Shown: one piece after another, positions 46,111-55,989 of the stretch
Numbering within the stretch: the first letter of the stretch is position 1
How the letters are laid out: every line of letters starts with the position of its first letter
NCBI GenBank assembly: GCA_028278555.1
Contig: JANQEA010000035.1
Coordinates: 152,089 to 216,088, forward strand
From: Candidatus Bipolaricaulota bacterium
Lineage (GTDB): Bacteria > Bipolaricaulota > Bipolaricaulia > UBA7950 > UBA9294
Direction of reading: 5' to 3'
DNA: 64,000 bases
The notes under the pieces: model-generated
What the model saw: the letters and a program-made list of their open reading frames with translations, nothing else
Databases searched by the model: none
What the model was told of the DNA's origin: nothing
Translations under genes and position numbers: made by a program

Positions 46111-46878
46111 TTAGTCGCTCACTCCTAGCTTCAACTCGAGGACTTCGATCAGCTGTTCGATCCAGTCGAGACCGCGCTGTTTCATGCCGACATGCTGGAA
46201 GCCGCCGCCAAACTGGCTCTGGCCGCCCATCCGGCGCCCCATCATCATCGATCCCCGCATTCCGTGGGCGTCTGGGGACTGCTGCGTTTGGGATGAATCT
46301 CCGAACCGCTGGCGGAACCCTTCGGCCATCTCAGATTGGTTCTCGAATCGTCCCCTGAGCCGTTCGGCGATCTGCTCACGGAGGCTGAACGCGGAACCTT
46401 CGCCCGGCTGGCCGAGCCGTCCGCGGACTCCGACGTCCCGTCCGCCGAGGAAGCCGGGGAAGATCGAATCGAGAAGCTCGCCCTGCTTCGCGGACAGGAT
46501 CTCCTTGATCCGGTCGATCGTTTCAAGCGCATGTTCACGTGCCGCCTCGAGCTGGGGTTCTGTCTCAGCGCGGAACGCCTCCAGGACCGCGTCGAGCTCT
46601 TCCGCCGTCCCGTTGAAAGCGATCATCGCCTCCTCGAGTTCGGCTCGACGGATCTCGAGTGCCTCACGCTCCTCGACGAGGCCGACGAGGAGCCCGTGGA
46701 TCTCCTCCATCTGCTCCGTTGTCAGCTCCATCCGGTTGACGAGGATCAGCAGCGGCAGATGATCCGCCTCCTCGCCTGCTCCGGCCGATTTCATGAGGAC
46801 CTGCGTGCTCGCCGGAATCGCCGCGATCACCGCGAGCAGGACCACCACCGATGCGATCCGCAGTCGTTTTCGCTTCAT
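46111..46878 (-). CDS. Spy/CpxP/ZraP-family periplasmic stress protein (LTXXQ motif)
   Basis: Has a signal peptide and the LTTEQMEEIHGLL (LTXXQ) motif. It lies adjacent to the two-component system. Confidence 0.7.
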   Translation of the reverse strand: MKRKRLRIASVVVLLAVIAAIPASTQVLMKSAGAGEEADHLPLLILVNRMELTTEQMEEIHGLLVGLVEEREALEIRRAELEEAMIAFNGTAEELDAVLEAFRAETEPQLEAAREHALETIDRIKEILSAKQGELLDSIFPGFLGGRDVGVRGRLGQPGEGSAFSLREQIAERLRGRFENQSEMAEGFRQRFGDSSQTQQSPDAHGMRGSMMMGRRMGGQSQFGGGFQHVGMKQRGLDWIEQLIEVLELKLGVSD

Positions 46879-47043
46879 CCGTTGTTCCTCCTTTTCCTCA
46901 ACATCGTGGCTCGAACGGTATCGGCCCGCCGTGAACGGGCCCGTCCAAACCTGTGGCAGGACTGTGAAGAGCTGGGCGCTTGAAGCGGAGGAGGAGGCTG
47001 TGACAAACTCGCCTTACGATCCTCAAGCGAGAAGGAGCGAACC

Positions 47044-47334
47044 ATGTCGAGAGTCGGGTGTTTGGTGCTGGTCGTCGTCTTCGCGTTGTCCGGATCCGCG
47101 CTGGCAGCACGGATCGTCTGCACGACGACGATCGTCGGAGACGTCGTCGCGCAGGTCGCCGGAGAGGGCCATTCGCTGACGGTCCTCCTTCCGATCGCCG
47201 CCGACACCGGGAGGCGGATCGTCCTCCTCTACACCGGATCGTTGAGCGGACCGGACGGGCCGGCGCCGACGTACCTCGACAAGATCCGGTTCGACGTCCG
47301 AGCAATCGTCAAGGGGTTGTCGGAGACGCCGTGA
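47044..47334 (+). pseudogene. Truncated ZnuA/TroA-like metal-binding protein (N-terminal 96-aa remnant)
   Basis: Has a signal peptide followed by RIVCTTTIVGDVVAQVAGEGHSLTVLLP, which resembles the ZnuA N-terminus and then diverges. A full solute-binding protein would be about 300 aa. Its stop overlaps the ATPase start. Confidence 0.4.
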
Positions 47335-48152
47335 GTCGCCGACGGACGCACGCGGTCCATCTGGCCGATGCCCCGGCCGTCGCCGTTCGCGATCTCTCCG
47401 TTACGCTCGACGGGGAGATCGCGCTGAGCGGAGTCACGTTCGAGCTGGAACCTGGCCGACAGCTCGCCGTCGTCGGTCCGAACGGCGCCGGGAAGACGAC
47501 GCTCCTCCGCGTCCTCGCCGGACTGATTGCCCCGGCAAGCGGCGACGTCCGGATCCACGGCCACGGTCCCTGCGGCCACATCTGCATCGCCTATGTCCCG
47601 CAGAAGAGCGGGATCGACTGGAGATTCCCCGTTACCGTCCGCGACGTCGTGATGATGGGACGGATCCAACGGATCGGCCCGTTCCGCAGGCCGAGCGCGG
47701 ACGACCGACGCGTCGTTCATGACGCGCTCGAAGCGGTCGAGCTTGCTGACCTCGGGAACCGGCAGATCGAGGCCCTCTCCGGCGGTCAGCAGCAGCGGAT
47801 GTTCCTCGCCCGAGCTCTCGCACAGGAGGCAGATGTGATCCTGTTCGACGAACCGCTCGCCGGCCTCGACATCCACTCCCGCGGTGAGATCCTCGGCGTC
47901 ATCGGCCGCCTCCGTGAGCGGAACGTCAGCGCCATCGTGGCGCTTCACGATCTCGGAATCGCCGCCGCGTCGTTCGATCGGGTCCTCCTCCTCCAGCGCC
48001 GTATGATCGGCCACGGCCCGGCCAGCGAGGTCTTCACCGAGGCAAACCTCCGCGAAGCATACGGAACCTGCCTCCACATGACCGATGGACCGTCGGGACC
48101 GTTCGTCATCCACGACACCGCCTGCACCGGAGGCGATGATGAACCTCGTTGA
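47331..48152 (+). CDS. Metal (Zn/Mn) ABC transporter ATP-binding protein (ZnuC/TroB-like)
   Basis: Walker A GPNGAGKTT and the LSGGQQQR signature are present. Start set at the GTG at 47331. Confidence 0.8.
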   Translation: MSRRRTHAVHLADAPAVAVRDLSVTLDGEIALSGVTFELEPGRQLAVVGPNGAGKTTLLRVLAGLIAPASGDVRIHGHGPCGHICIAYVPQKSGIDWRFPVTVRDVVMMGRIQRIGPFRRPSADDRRVVHDALEAVELADLGNRQIEALSGGQQQRMFLARALAQEADVILFDEPLAGLDIHSRGEILGVIGRLRERNVSAIVALHDLGIAAASFDRVLLLQRRMIGHGPASEVFTEANLREAYGTCLHMTDGPSGPFVIHDTACTGGDDEPR

Positions 48153-48999
48153 GCTGATCGTTGAGCCTCTCCGCTATCCGTTCATGATCCGGGGAATCGT
48201 CGCCGCGATGGCCGTCGGAGGTCTCTGCGGGATCGTCGGTTCGTTCGTCGTCCTCCGCGGGATGGCGTTCATGGGCGATGCAATCGCCCATTCGATCCTC
48301 CCCGGCCTCGCCGGGGGCGTCCTCGTCGCGGGACGCGGAGATCGCCGCGCTCTCTTCTGGTGGGCCCTCGGAACAGCGATCCTCGTCGCCCTCGGGATGG
48401 GTTGGATCAGCCAGCGTGGCCGCGTCCGCGAGGACACGGCCATCGGGATCGTCTTCGCCGGGATGTTCGCCCTCGGGATCGCACTCATCTCGACCGTCCG
48501 CGGCTTCGCCGTCGATCTCGTCCACTTCCTGTTCGGAAACGTGCTCGGCGTTGCGACCGTCGATCTCATCCTGATCGGAGCATTCGGCGGTGCTGTCCTC
48601 CTTCTCGTCCTCCTCTTCTACAAGGAGCTGGTCGTCGTCTCATTCGATCCGACCCTCGCGCGAACCCTCCGCCTCCCGACGGCCGCCTACCGATATCTCC
48701 TGTTCGTTCTCGTCGCGATCACCGTCGTGGTATCGCTTCAGACAGTCGGCGTCGGGCTGATGCTCGCCATGTTGATCGTCCCGGCGTCGACTGCGTTCCT
48801 CCTCGTCCGACGCCTGCCGCGGATGATGGCGATCGGAGCCCTTCTCGGCATCCTGTCCGGCGCGATCGGGCTCTATCTTTCCTTTTACTGGAGCGTCGCC
48901 TCCGGCGCGGCGATCGTCCTCGTCTCGATCGGGCTCTTCTTCGTCGCGCTTCTCGTCTCCCCGCACCGCGGACTCCTTGCACGGTTGCGGAAGGGCTGA
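48136..48999 (+). CDS. Metal ABC transporter permease (ABC-3, ZnuB/TroC-like)
   Basis: Has about 8 TM helices and is 287 aa. Confidence 0.8.
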   Translation: MMNLVELIVEPLRYPFMIRGIVAAMAVGGLCGIVGSFVVLRGMAFMGDAIAHSILPGLAGGVLVAGRGDRRALFWWALGTAILVALGMGWISQRGRVREDTAIGIVFAGMFALGIALISTVRGFAVDLVHFLFGNVLGVATVDLILIGAFGGAVLLLVLLFYKELVVVSFDPTLARTLRLPTAAYRYLLFVLVAITVVVSLQTVGVGLMLAMLIVPASTAFLLVRRLPRMMAIGALLGILSGAIGLYLSFYWSVASGAAIVLVSIGLFFVALLVSPHRGLLARLRKG

Positions 49000-49116
49000 C
49001 CAAGCCGTCTCCTCAACCTCACGAGAATCTCACCGATCGGACACTATACGCCCACCCGCACGGTCTACGACTTGGTCGTGATCAACATCAGGGCTTCAGA
49101 ATCGTAGGAGGTTCGT

Positions 49117-49698
49117 ATGAGCAGAAAGGGGCTTCGCGTTGTAGGAGCAGGGGTCGCGATTGCAGCTCTAGGATTCTCGATCTTTTTCGCCGTCGATCTT
49201 CTCTCGGCGCGGCCGGGAATGGCTCAAGAGTCGGAGGAGGGCGAAGCCGCTTCGATTGAGCTCCCGGCGTGGGCCGACTTCGAGCTCGTCGATGCGATCA
49301 CCGGGGAATCGTTCACCATCGCCGATTTCGCCGGGAAGCCGATCCTCGTCGAGAGCTTCGCCGTCTGGTGCTCGATCTGCCTCCGCCAGCAGAAGGAGAT
49401 GGCAAAGCTGATCGAGCTTGAAGGGGAATCGATCGTGCACATCTCGCTCGACACCGACCCGAATGAAGACGACATCGCAGTTCGACTGCACGCAGAGAAG
49501 CACGGGTTCACGTGGCTGTTCGCCGTTGCGCCGGTCGAGATGACGCAGGCGCTGATCGATGCGTTCGGGCTGACGGTGGTCAACGCGCCACGCGCCCCGG
49601 TGATTCTGATCGATGTCGATGGCTCGGCGAGGCTGCTCCGGAACGGCGTGAAGTCGGCGGAGGATCTCCTCGAGGAGATCTCGGGAACCGAGGAATGA
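49117..49698 (+). CDS. Thioredoxin-fold thiol:disulfide oxidoreductase (TlpA/redoxin-like)
   Basis: Has an N-terminal anchor or signal and the WCSIC active site. An AGGAGG ribosome-binding site sits upstream. Confidence 0.75.
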   Translation: MSRKGLRVVGAGVAIAALGFSIFFAVDLLSARPGMAQESEEGEAASIELPAWADFELVDAITGESFTIADFAGKPILVESFAVWCSICLRQQKEMAKLIELEGESIVHISLDTDPNEDDIAVRLHAEKHGFTWLFAVAPVEMTQALIDAFGLTVVNAPRAPVILIDVDGSARLLRNGVKSAEDLLEEISGTEE

Positions 49699-50384
49699 CG
49701 CTCCTCGCCGATCTCGCGGAATCGTTCGTCCTCGGCGTGTTGACGCCGCTTGGTGCAGTCTGCGTCCTCCCTCTCTATCCCGGCTTCCTCGCCTATCTCT
49801 CCAACCGGCTCGCAGGGCGAGAAGCGAAACGGAGCACGATCCTCCTGTTTGCGTTGAACGTGACCGGCGGGGTGGTCGCGTTCATGTTCCTGCTCGGTCT
49901 CGTCTTCACGACGATCCTGCAAGTTTCACTGACCCGCGTGATCGGTGTCATCTCGCCGATTGCGTTCGGCGTCCTGTTCGTCCTCAGCTTCCTCCTTCTC
50001 TTCGACGTCGACATCGGTCGATTTCTCCCGAAAGCGAAGGTCCCGAAGTCGAAGAGCCCGTGGTGGACGGCCTTCCTGTACGGCTTCTTCTTCGGGGCAA
50101 TCGTCGTCCCGTGCAATCCGCTGTTCATCGCCATCTTCTTCACGCGATCGGTCTCCGTCCTCGGGTTCGGGGCGAACCTCCTTCGGTTCCTCGCATTCGG
50201 GATCGGCATCGCCGCTCCGTTGCTCGCTCTCGCCGTCGTTTCGACCGCGGCATCCGGCACGGTGATCCGGTTCCTGACCCGCTACAAGTCGGTCATCAAC
50301 CGGGTCGCCGGTCTGATCATGCTCGGCATTTCGGTCTACTACCTCGTCTTCGTCTTCCGGATCTTCGACACGCTGTTCGGATAA
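49695..50384 (+). CDS. ccdA: Cytochrome c biogenesis / thiol-disulfide transfer membrane protein CcdA (DsbD family)
   Basis: Has 6 TM helices and conserved Cys residues in TM1 and TM4 (VCVLPLY; IVVPCNPLF). Confidence 0.8.
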   Translation: MTLLADLAESFVLGVLTPLGAVCVLPLYPGFLAYLSNRLAGREAKRSTILLFALNVTGGVVAFMFLLGLVFTTILQVSLTRVIGVISPIAFGVLFVLSFLLLFDVDIGRFLPKAKVPKSKSPWWTAFLYGFFFGAIVVPCNPLFIAIFFTRSVSVLGFGANLLRFLAFGIGIAAPLLALAVVSTAASGTVIRFLTRYKSVINRVAGLIMLGISVYYLVFVFRIFDTLFG

Positions 50385-50396
50385 GGAGGGATCCCG

Positions 50397-51416
50397 ATGA
50401 AACACCCTCACAGGAGAAGGCTCTACTTCGGATTGGCGACCGTTGTGGTGGCAGCCGGTCTGGCGATCGGCCTGGCACAGAGCCAGCCAGATTCCACGAC
50501 CGAACCGCACGTCGAGATCGTCAACGGACGTGAGGTCTACGTTACGGAGTCCGGGTTCCGGTACATCGTCCATCCATCGGAAATCCTGAGCGGCGGCCCG
50601 CCGATGGACGGCATCCCGTCGATCGACCGGCCAGTCTACGTTTCGGTCGAAGAGGCCGACGCGTGGATCGAGGACAACGAACTCGTCCTCGCCCTGATCC
50701 ACGGCGACGTCGTTCGCGTCTATCCGCTCCAAATCCTCGTCTGGCACGAGATTGTCAATGACACGATCGGCGGCGATCCGATCCTCGTCACCTACTGCCC
50801 CCTCTGCGGATCCGGGATCGCCTACGAGCGACGGATCGAGGGGGTCGAGGTCGAGTTCGGGACCTCGGGGAAGCTGTACAACTCGAATCTCGTGATGTAC
50901 GACCGGCGGACCGAGACCTACTGGAGTCAGATCGACGGCCTCGCGATCGTCGGCGAGCTAACCGGGATGGAGCTCGTGCCGATCTCGATCGACACGGTCG
51001 TCTGGCGTGACTGGAAGGTCGCGTATCCTAAGTCCGAGGTCCTCAGCCAGGAGACTGGCTTCAGCCGGCCGTACGGACGCGATCCGTACGGGAGCTACTA
51101 CGAGGACAGCTTCATCTGGTTCCCGGTCGCCGGGCGTGACGATCGGATTCACCCGAAGACGGTCATCTTCGGGGTCGAGGTCGATGGTGTCTACGCCGCC
51201 TACCGCGAGTCCGACCTGATCGAGCTTGGATCGATCGAGGACGTGGTCAACGGGATCCCGATCCGGATCGTCCGCGATCCGGCTGGGGTCGTCACGATCA
51301 CCGATCTGAGCACCGGCGAGGCAATCGTCAAGGAACGCGACTTCTGGTTCGCCTGGTACGCGTTCCACCCGGAGACGCTCCTCTACCTGCCTGAGGCTGA
51401 GTCGGACGGCGAGTAG
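50397..51416 (+). CDS. DUF3179 domain protein
   Basis: Carries the CPLCGSG motif, typical of DUF3179, which often accompanies thioredoxin/CcdA genes. Confidence 0.75.
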   Translation: MKHPHRRRLYFGLATVVVAAGLAIGLAQSQPDSTTEPHVEIVNGREVYVTESGFRYIVHPSEILSGGPPMDGIPSIDRPVYVSVEEADAWIEDNELVLALIHGDVVRVYPLQILVWHEIVNDTIGGDPILVTYCPLCGSGIAYERRIEGVEVEFGTSGKLYNSNLVMYDRRTETYWSQIDGLAIVGELTGMELVPISIDTVVWRDWKVAYPKSEVLSQETGFSRPYGRDPYGSYYEDSFIWFPVAGRDDRIHPKTVIFGVEVDGVYAAYRESDLIELGSIEDVVNGIPIRIVRDPAGVVTITDLSTGEAIVKERDFWFAWYAFHPETLLYLPEAESDGE

Positions 51417-51510
51417 AAGAGGAAACCCGATCACCTGCGCCCGCATTCGACGATCCATCACATGCAGGTTTTCTTGATCGCGCCTCTGCGTACTGCTACT
51501 GTCTTCGACC

Positions 51511-52389
51511 ATGCGCGTTGAGGTTCGTCCGCTGATCGCCGAGGATCGATCGCGCGTCCTCGAGATCTCCTCACAGATCTGGGAGGGCGACGACTGGGTT
51601 CCGAATGCGATCGACTCGTGGTTCGGCTCTGAGGAAGGCGAAGCAGTCGCCGCCGTTCTCGACGGAAGACTGATCGGCTTCGGTCGTCGCACATGGATCC
51701 TCCCCCGCCACGCTTGGTTCGAGGCGCTCCGATCCGATCCTGCCGCTCGCGGCGTCGGTGCCGGGCGGGCGATCACCGAGCATCTGATCGACGGTGCCCG
51801 GCGTGACGGTGCCGAGGCAATCCATCTGTCGACGTACATCGACAACGAGGCATCGATCCACATCATCGAATCCTGCGGGTTCGAGCGCGTTGCGACCTTC
51901 GCGGCGGTCGAGAAATCGGTCGACGCGAACCCTGAGAATGGGGACTTCGAGACAGGAATCGTCAGTGTATCCCAGGAGGAAACCGCGGAGTTCGTCGACC
52001 GTTCGAACTTCCTCGACCTGGCAAATCGGCGGTTCCCACGGGGGTGGAAGTTCATTCCGTTCGATCTCGATCCGCTCGAGGCCGTCGCGCGACTGGAAAC
52101 GCGGATCGGCATTCGCCGTGGCGGCAGACTCGTTGCCCTCATGTGCCTGCGCCAACCGGTCGGAGAGGCTGATGGAACCGCTCTCAACTTCGCCGACGGG
52201 GAACCGGACGACCTGAGACGGCTGCTCCGCCATGCTCACACCCTCTACCCGAGATGGAAGATCGCGGCAATGGTTCCGAAGGTCGGAAAGGAGGAGGCCG
52301 CCCTCCTCCCGATCCTCAGGGAGTTCGAGTACACCTCGTGGGACGACTACGCTCCGGCCGTCTTCGTCTACGAACTCGACCTTCGCTGA
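51511..52389 (+). CDS. GNAT family N-acetyltransferase
   Basis: A 292-aa product with an N-terminal GNAT fold (GVGAGRAITEHLI). Confidence 0.7.
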   Translation: MRVEVRPLIAEDRSRVLEISSQIWEGDDWVPNAIDSWFGSEEGEAVAAVLDGRLIGFGRRTWILPRHAWFEALRSDPAARGVGAGRAITEHLIDGARRDGAEAIHLSTYIDNEASIHIIESCGFERVATFAAVEKSVDANPENGDFETGIVSVSQEETAEFVDRSNFLDLANRRFPRGWKFIPFDLDPLEAVARLETRIGIRRGGRLVALMCLRQPVGEADGTALNFADGEPDDLRRLLRHAHTLYPRWKIAAMVPKVGKEEAALLPILREFEYTSWDDYAPAVFVYELDLR

Positions 52390-52484
52390 CGGATCGTCCC
52401 CCGAAGAAGTCATGGCCATGACTTCTCCGACGCGTCTGCGCAGCAGACGCGCAAGCCGCTATGATGTAACCATCGGAGGCAACC

Positions 52485-53261
52485 ATGGGCCCACGTGAAC
52501 TCCCAGAACTGACGCCGAGCGAGCGCGATCGATACGCGCGGCACCTTGTCTTGCCGGCGATTGGCGAGGAGGGGCAGCGGAGACTGAAGGCGGCCCGCGT
52601 CCTCGTCGTCGGACTCGGCGGTCTCGGCAGTTCAATCGTCCTCTACCTCGCAGGGGCCGGCGTCGGGCGGATCGGCGTCATCGATGACGACCGTGTAACC
52701 TTCTCCAATCTCCAGCGACAGATCGTCCACGGAGAGGCGGCCCTCGATCGCCCGAAGGTCGAGAGCGTCGCGGCTCGCCTGGCCGATCTGAATGCCGGCA
52801 TCGTCGTGGAGCCGTTCCCCGAGCGCTTCGACCGGTGTAACGGGCGACGGATCGCCGCGGAGTACGATCTGATCGTCGATGGGACGGACAACTTCGACAC
52901 CCGCTACGCGATCAACGAGGTCTGCCTGACGCTCGGGATCCCCTACGTCTACGGGGCGATCTTCCGCCTCGACGGGCAGCTCAGCCTCCTCTGCACCGAA
53001 GAGGGACCCTGCTACCGATGCCTCTTCCCCGATCCGCCTCCGCCGGGGTCCGTACTGACCGGTGAGGAGGCGGGGATCCTCGGCGCCGTGCCCGGAACGA
53101 TCGGAACGCTGCAGGCGACCGAGGCGATCAAGTGGATCGTCGGGATCGGGCAGCTCCTCGTCGGCCGCCTCCTCGTCTACGACGCGAGCACCATGCGATT
53201 CGAGGAGATCGGAATCGAAAGGAATCCTGCCTGCCCGGCCTGCGGCAGCAGGAACTCCTGA
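52485..53261 (+). CDS. ThiF/MoeB/HesA-family E1-like adenylyltransferase
   Basis: Has the GLGGLGS nucleotide-binding loop and CxxC...CxxC zinc motifs. Confidence 0.85.
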   Translation: MGPRELPELTPSERDRYARHLVLPAIGEEGQRRLKAARVLVVGLGGLGSSIVLYLAGAGVGRIGVIDDDRVTFSNLQRQIVHGEAALDRPKVESVAARLADLNAGIVVEPFPERFDRCNGRRIAAEYDLIVDGTDNFDTRYAINEVCLTLGIPYVYGAIFRLDGQLSLLCTEEGPCYRCLFPDPPPPGSVLTGEEAGILGAVPGTIGTLQATEAIKWIVGIGQLLVGRLLVYDASTMRFEEIGIERNPACPACGSRNS

Positions 53262-53277
53262 GCGAGAAAGGACCCCC

Positions 53278-54276
53278 ATGAAGCTACTCATCCTCGGCGG
53301 AACGGTCTATCTCGGGCGTGCGATCGTCGACCGCGCTCTGGCCCTCGGTCATCAAGTCACCCTGTTCCATCGCGGCCAGTCGAATCCAGACCTATTCCCG
53401 GAGGCCGAGCACATTCTCGGCGACCGCGAGCACGATCTCGATCGCCTCTCAGGGAGATCGTTCGATGCCTGTGTCGATACCTGCGGTTACGTCCCGAGGA
53501 TCGTCGGTGCGTCAGTCCGCGCCCTCACCGATGCGGTCGATCGGTATGCGTTCGTCTCGTCATTGTCGGTCTACGGCGATCCGTCCCCCGACGGCACCGC
53601 CGAGGACGGGACGCTTGCGACCATCGACGACCCGACAGTGGAGGAGATCAACGGCGAGACCTACGGCCCGCTGAAAGCACTCTGCGAAGCGGCTGTCCGC
53701 GACGCGTTCGGAGAACGAGCCCTTCTCGTCCGGCCGGGTCTGATCGTCGGACCTCACGATCCGACCGATCGGTTCACCTACTGGCCTTGGCGCGTCGCCC
53801 GTGGCGGCGAGATCCTCGCACCGGGGCGACCGGAGCGAGCAATTCAGCTGATCGATGTTCGAGATCTCGCGGCATGGATCGTCAACCTGCTCGAGATGCA
53901 GCAGTCGGGAGCGTACAACGCCGTCTCCCCTCCCGGGATGATGTCGATGGAGAGCATGCTGTGCGCCTGCCTCGAAGTCGCCGGATCGGATGGAACGCTC
54001 CAGTGGGTCGATGACGCGTTCCTCGTCGACCACGAGGTTGGCGCCTGGATCGAACTTCCGCTCTGGATCCCCGAAGACGAGCCGATCGCCCGCGGGTTCT
54101 TCGCGTTCCGACCGGATCGCGCCGTGTCGAACGGGCTGACCTTCCGACCGATCGAGGAGACCGTCCGAGCGACGCTCCATTGGGCACGCACCCGTCCCGA
54201 CAACCACGAATGGCGCGCCGGCCTGAAACCGGACCGCGAGGACGATCTACTTCGCGCATGGCGAGACGGGCCGTAG
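53278..54276 (+). CDS. NAD(P)-dependent epimerase/dehydratase family protein
   Basis: N-terminus carries the ILGGTVYLGRAIV Rossmann motif and the product is 332 aa. The track ORF start at 53062 is over-extended. Confidence 0.75.
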   Translation: MKLLILGGTVYLGRAIVDRALALGHQVTLFHRGQSNPDLFPEAEHILGDREHDLDRLSGRSFDACVDTCGYVPRIVGASVRALTDAVDRYAFVSSLSVYGDPSPDGTAEDGTLATIDDPTVEEINGETYGPLKALCEAAVRDAFGERALLVRPGLIVGPHDPTDRFTYWPWRVARGGEILAPGRPERAIQLIDVRDLAAWIVNLLEMQQSGAYNAVSPPGMMSMESMLCACLEVAGSDGTLQWVDDAFLVDHEVGAWIELPLWIPEDEPIARGFFAFRPDRAVSNGLTFRPIEETVRATLHWARTRPDNHEWRAGLKPDREDDLLRAWRDGP

Positions 54277-54291
54277 CAGTCCGGGCGACGA

Positions 54292-55866
54292 CTACCGAGC
54301 CGGGATGATGATCTCGATCTTCGCCTCATAGACAACCTGTCGATCGCGATCGACGGCCGCCTGTCTGAGCATGAACTCGATGTCCAAAGCGACGTCCCCG
54401 AAGAACGACTCTTTCCCGTTGGTGATCACGCGAATCGGCGAGGTCAGATCGAACTGCTCCGAGCTGAGGAAGATCGTGTACTGTGCGATATTCCGCGTCG
54501 TTACAGCGATCTCGTTCCCCTTCGCGCTGACGTAGATCGAGCCGGTCAGCTGGTCCCGTCGGTAGACGGAATCAGGCATCGGGACCAGTCCGAGCAGGGT
54601 CACCGAGGTTTCGTCGCGGAGGACCTCGATCTCGATCGGTTCTCCGGGGATCTTCCGCTTGATGACCGCCGCCACTTCCTGATCGGTACGGGCCGCCTGG
54701 CCATCGATCGCGACGATCTCGTCCCCGACCTCGATCCCGATTCGGTGCGCGATCCCGTCCGGTTCGACACCGACAACGACGAACCTCCCGCTGCTCGCCT
54801 CGTACGCGATACTCGCCGCGAGCCGCTTGGCGTCCTCGATCCACTCGAGGTTGATATCCTCGAACCCGGCTCCGCCCCATCGCTCGGCGATCTCATCGAT
54901 CCGAACCCAGTCGCAGCGCCCCGTCTCCGGTTGGGATGTCTCCCACAGAACCTTGGGCCGGTACGGATCCCTCTCCCACTCGGCGAGGAAAACGGTCGTC
55001 CTCGGCCACTCGTAGGGGATCATCAGAAAGAGGTTGTGCGTCGTCGGGTAGATCTCCCACTCAAATCCGACCCCCTGCATCCGCAGTTGGGCGATCAGCG
55101 AACTCTCATGGTTGATCGGGATCCCCTCGTCGTAAAGGCCGTTCGCGGCCAAGATCGGTCGGTTGATCAGGTTGCGAGGGTAGCACGGATACGGTCCGAG
55201 GCTCGGCCCGGAGACCGACCCGTACAAGGGGATGAACCCGGCCCACGGCGTCGGATCGTGGAAGGCCATCCAGTAGCTCCCGTGAGCCCCGGCGGAGAAC
55301 CCTGTGAGGAAGACACGGTTCTCATCGATGTTGCAGAGGTGCTTCACATGCGTGAGCTGTGCGAGGATGTTCTGACGCCCGGCCTCGCTCCACCACGTGG
55401 CATCGCGATCGCCGTGCGGCATGACGACGATGAAGCCGTTCTCCTCCGCCAGCTCTTCCCACATCGCCCGCTTCGGGAGGAACTCCTCGATCGTGTAGGG
55501 TCGCTGATTGACCGCCCCGTGCAGACTGAACAGGGCGGGCGTCGGAAGACTCGGATCGTACGATTCGGGGATGAAGACGTGGTAGACGCGCGTGACGCCG
55601 TCTGAGCAGACCCGATCGAGGATCCGCCAGCCGGTCTCCTCGATCGTGGAATAGGTTCGTCCGCGTCGGAGGCGTGCCGCCAGCTCCTCGCAGCCGGTTC
55701 CAAGGGCGATCAGTCGATCGATCGCTTCGTCGATCGCCGTAGGGGTGTCCGCCGCAAAGAAGGTCTCCATCGCGGCATCGAGTTCGGTCTGTCCGACGAG
55801 GATCGATCCGAGACACAAGAGAAGCAGTCCGACACCGAGGAGCACCTCACCCGATCGTCTGAGCAT
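54292..55866 (-). CDS. Secreted alpha/beta-hydrolase (esterase/PHB-depolymerase-like) fused to a PDZ domain
   Basis: Has a signal peptide, the GFSAGA nucleophile elbow, and a PDZ region with GIEVGDEIVAIDGQ. Confidence 0.65.
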   Translation of the reverse strand: MLRRSGEVLLGVGLLLLCLGSILVGQTELDAAMETFFAADTPTAIDEAIDRLIALGTGCEELAARLRRGRTYSTIEETGWRILDRVCSDGVTRVYHVFIPESYDPSLPTPALFSLHGAVNQRPYTIEEFLPKRAMWEELAEENGFIVVMPHGDRDATWWSEAGRQNILAQLTHVKHLCNIDENRVFLTGFSAGAHGSYWMAFHDPTPWAGFIPLYGSVSGPSLGPYPCYPRNLINRPILAANGLYDEGIPINHESSLIAQLRMQGVGFEWEIYPTTHNLFLMIPYEWPRTTVFLAEWERDPYRPKVLWETSQPETGRCDWVRIDEIAERWGGAGFEDINLEWIEDAKRLAASIAYEASSGRFVVVGVEPDGIAHRIGIEVGDEIVAIDGQAARTDQEVAAVIKRKIPGEPIEIEVLRDETSVTLLGLVPMPDSVYRRDQLTGSIYVSAKGNEIAVTTRNIAQYTIFLSSEQFDLTSPIRVITNGKESFFGDVALDIEFMLRQAAVDRDRQVVYEAKIEIIIPAR

Positions 55867-55989
55867 CTCGACTCCGCCTTCCGCCTCGCAGGATTCCCGA
55901 ATTCCCTCCGTCCGTTGTCGGGCGGCGCCCAGTCTAGAGCCCCGAGATGGAGAGAATGTGGAGACCGGCCGTTTCGACCCTTCTTCGGG

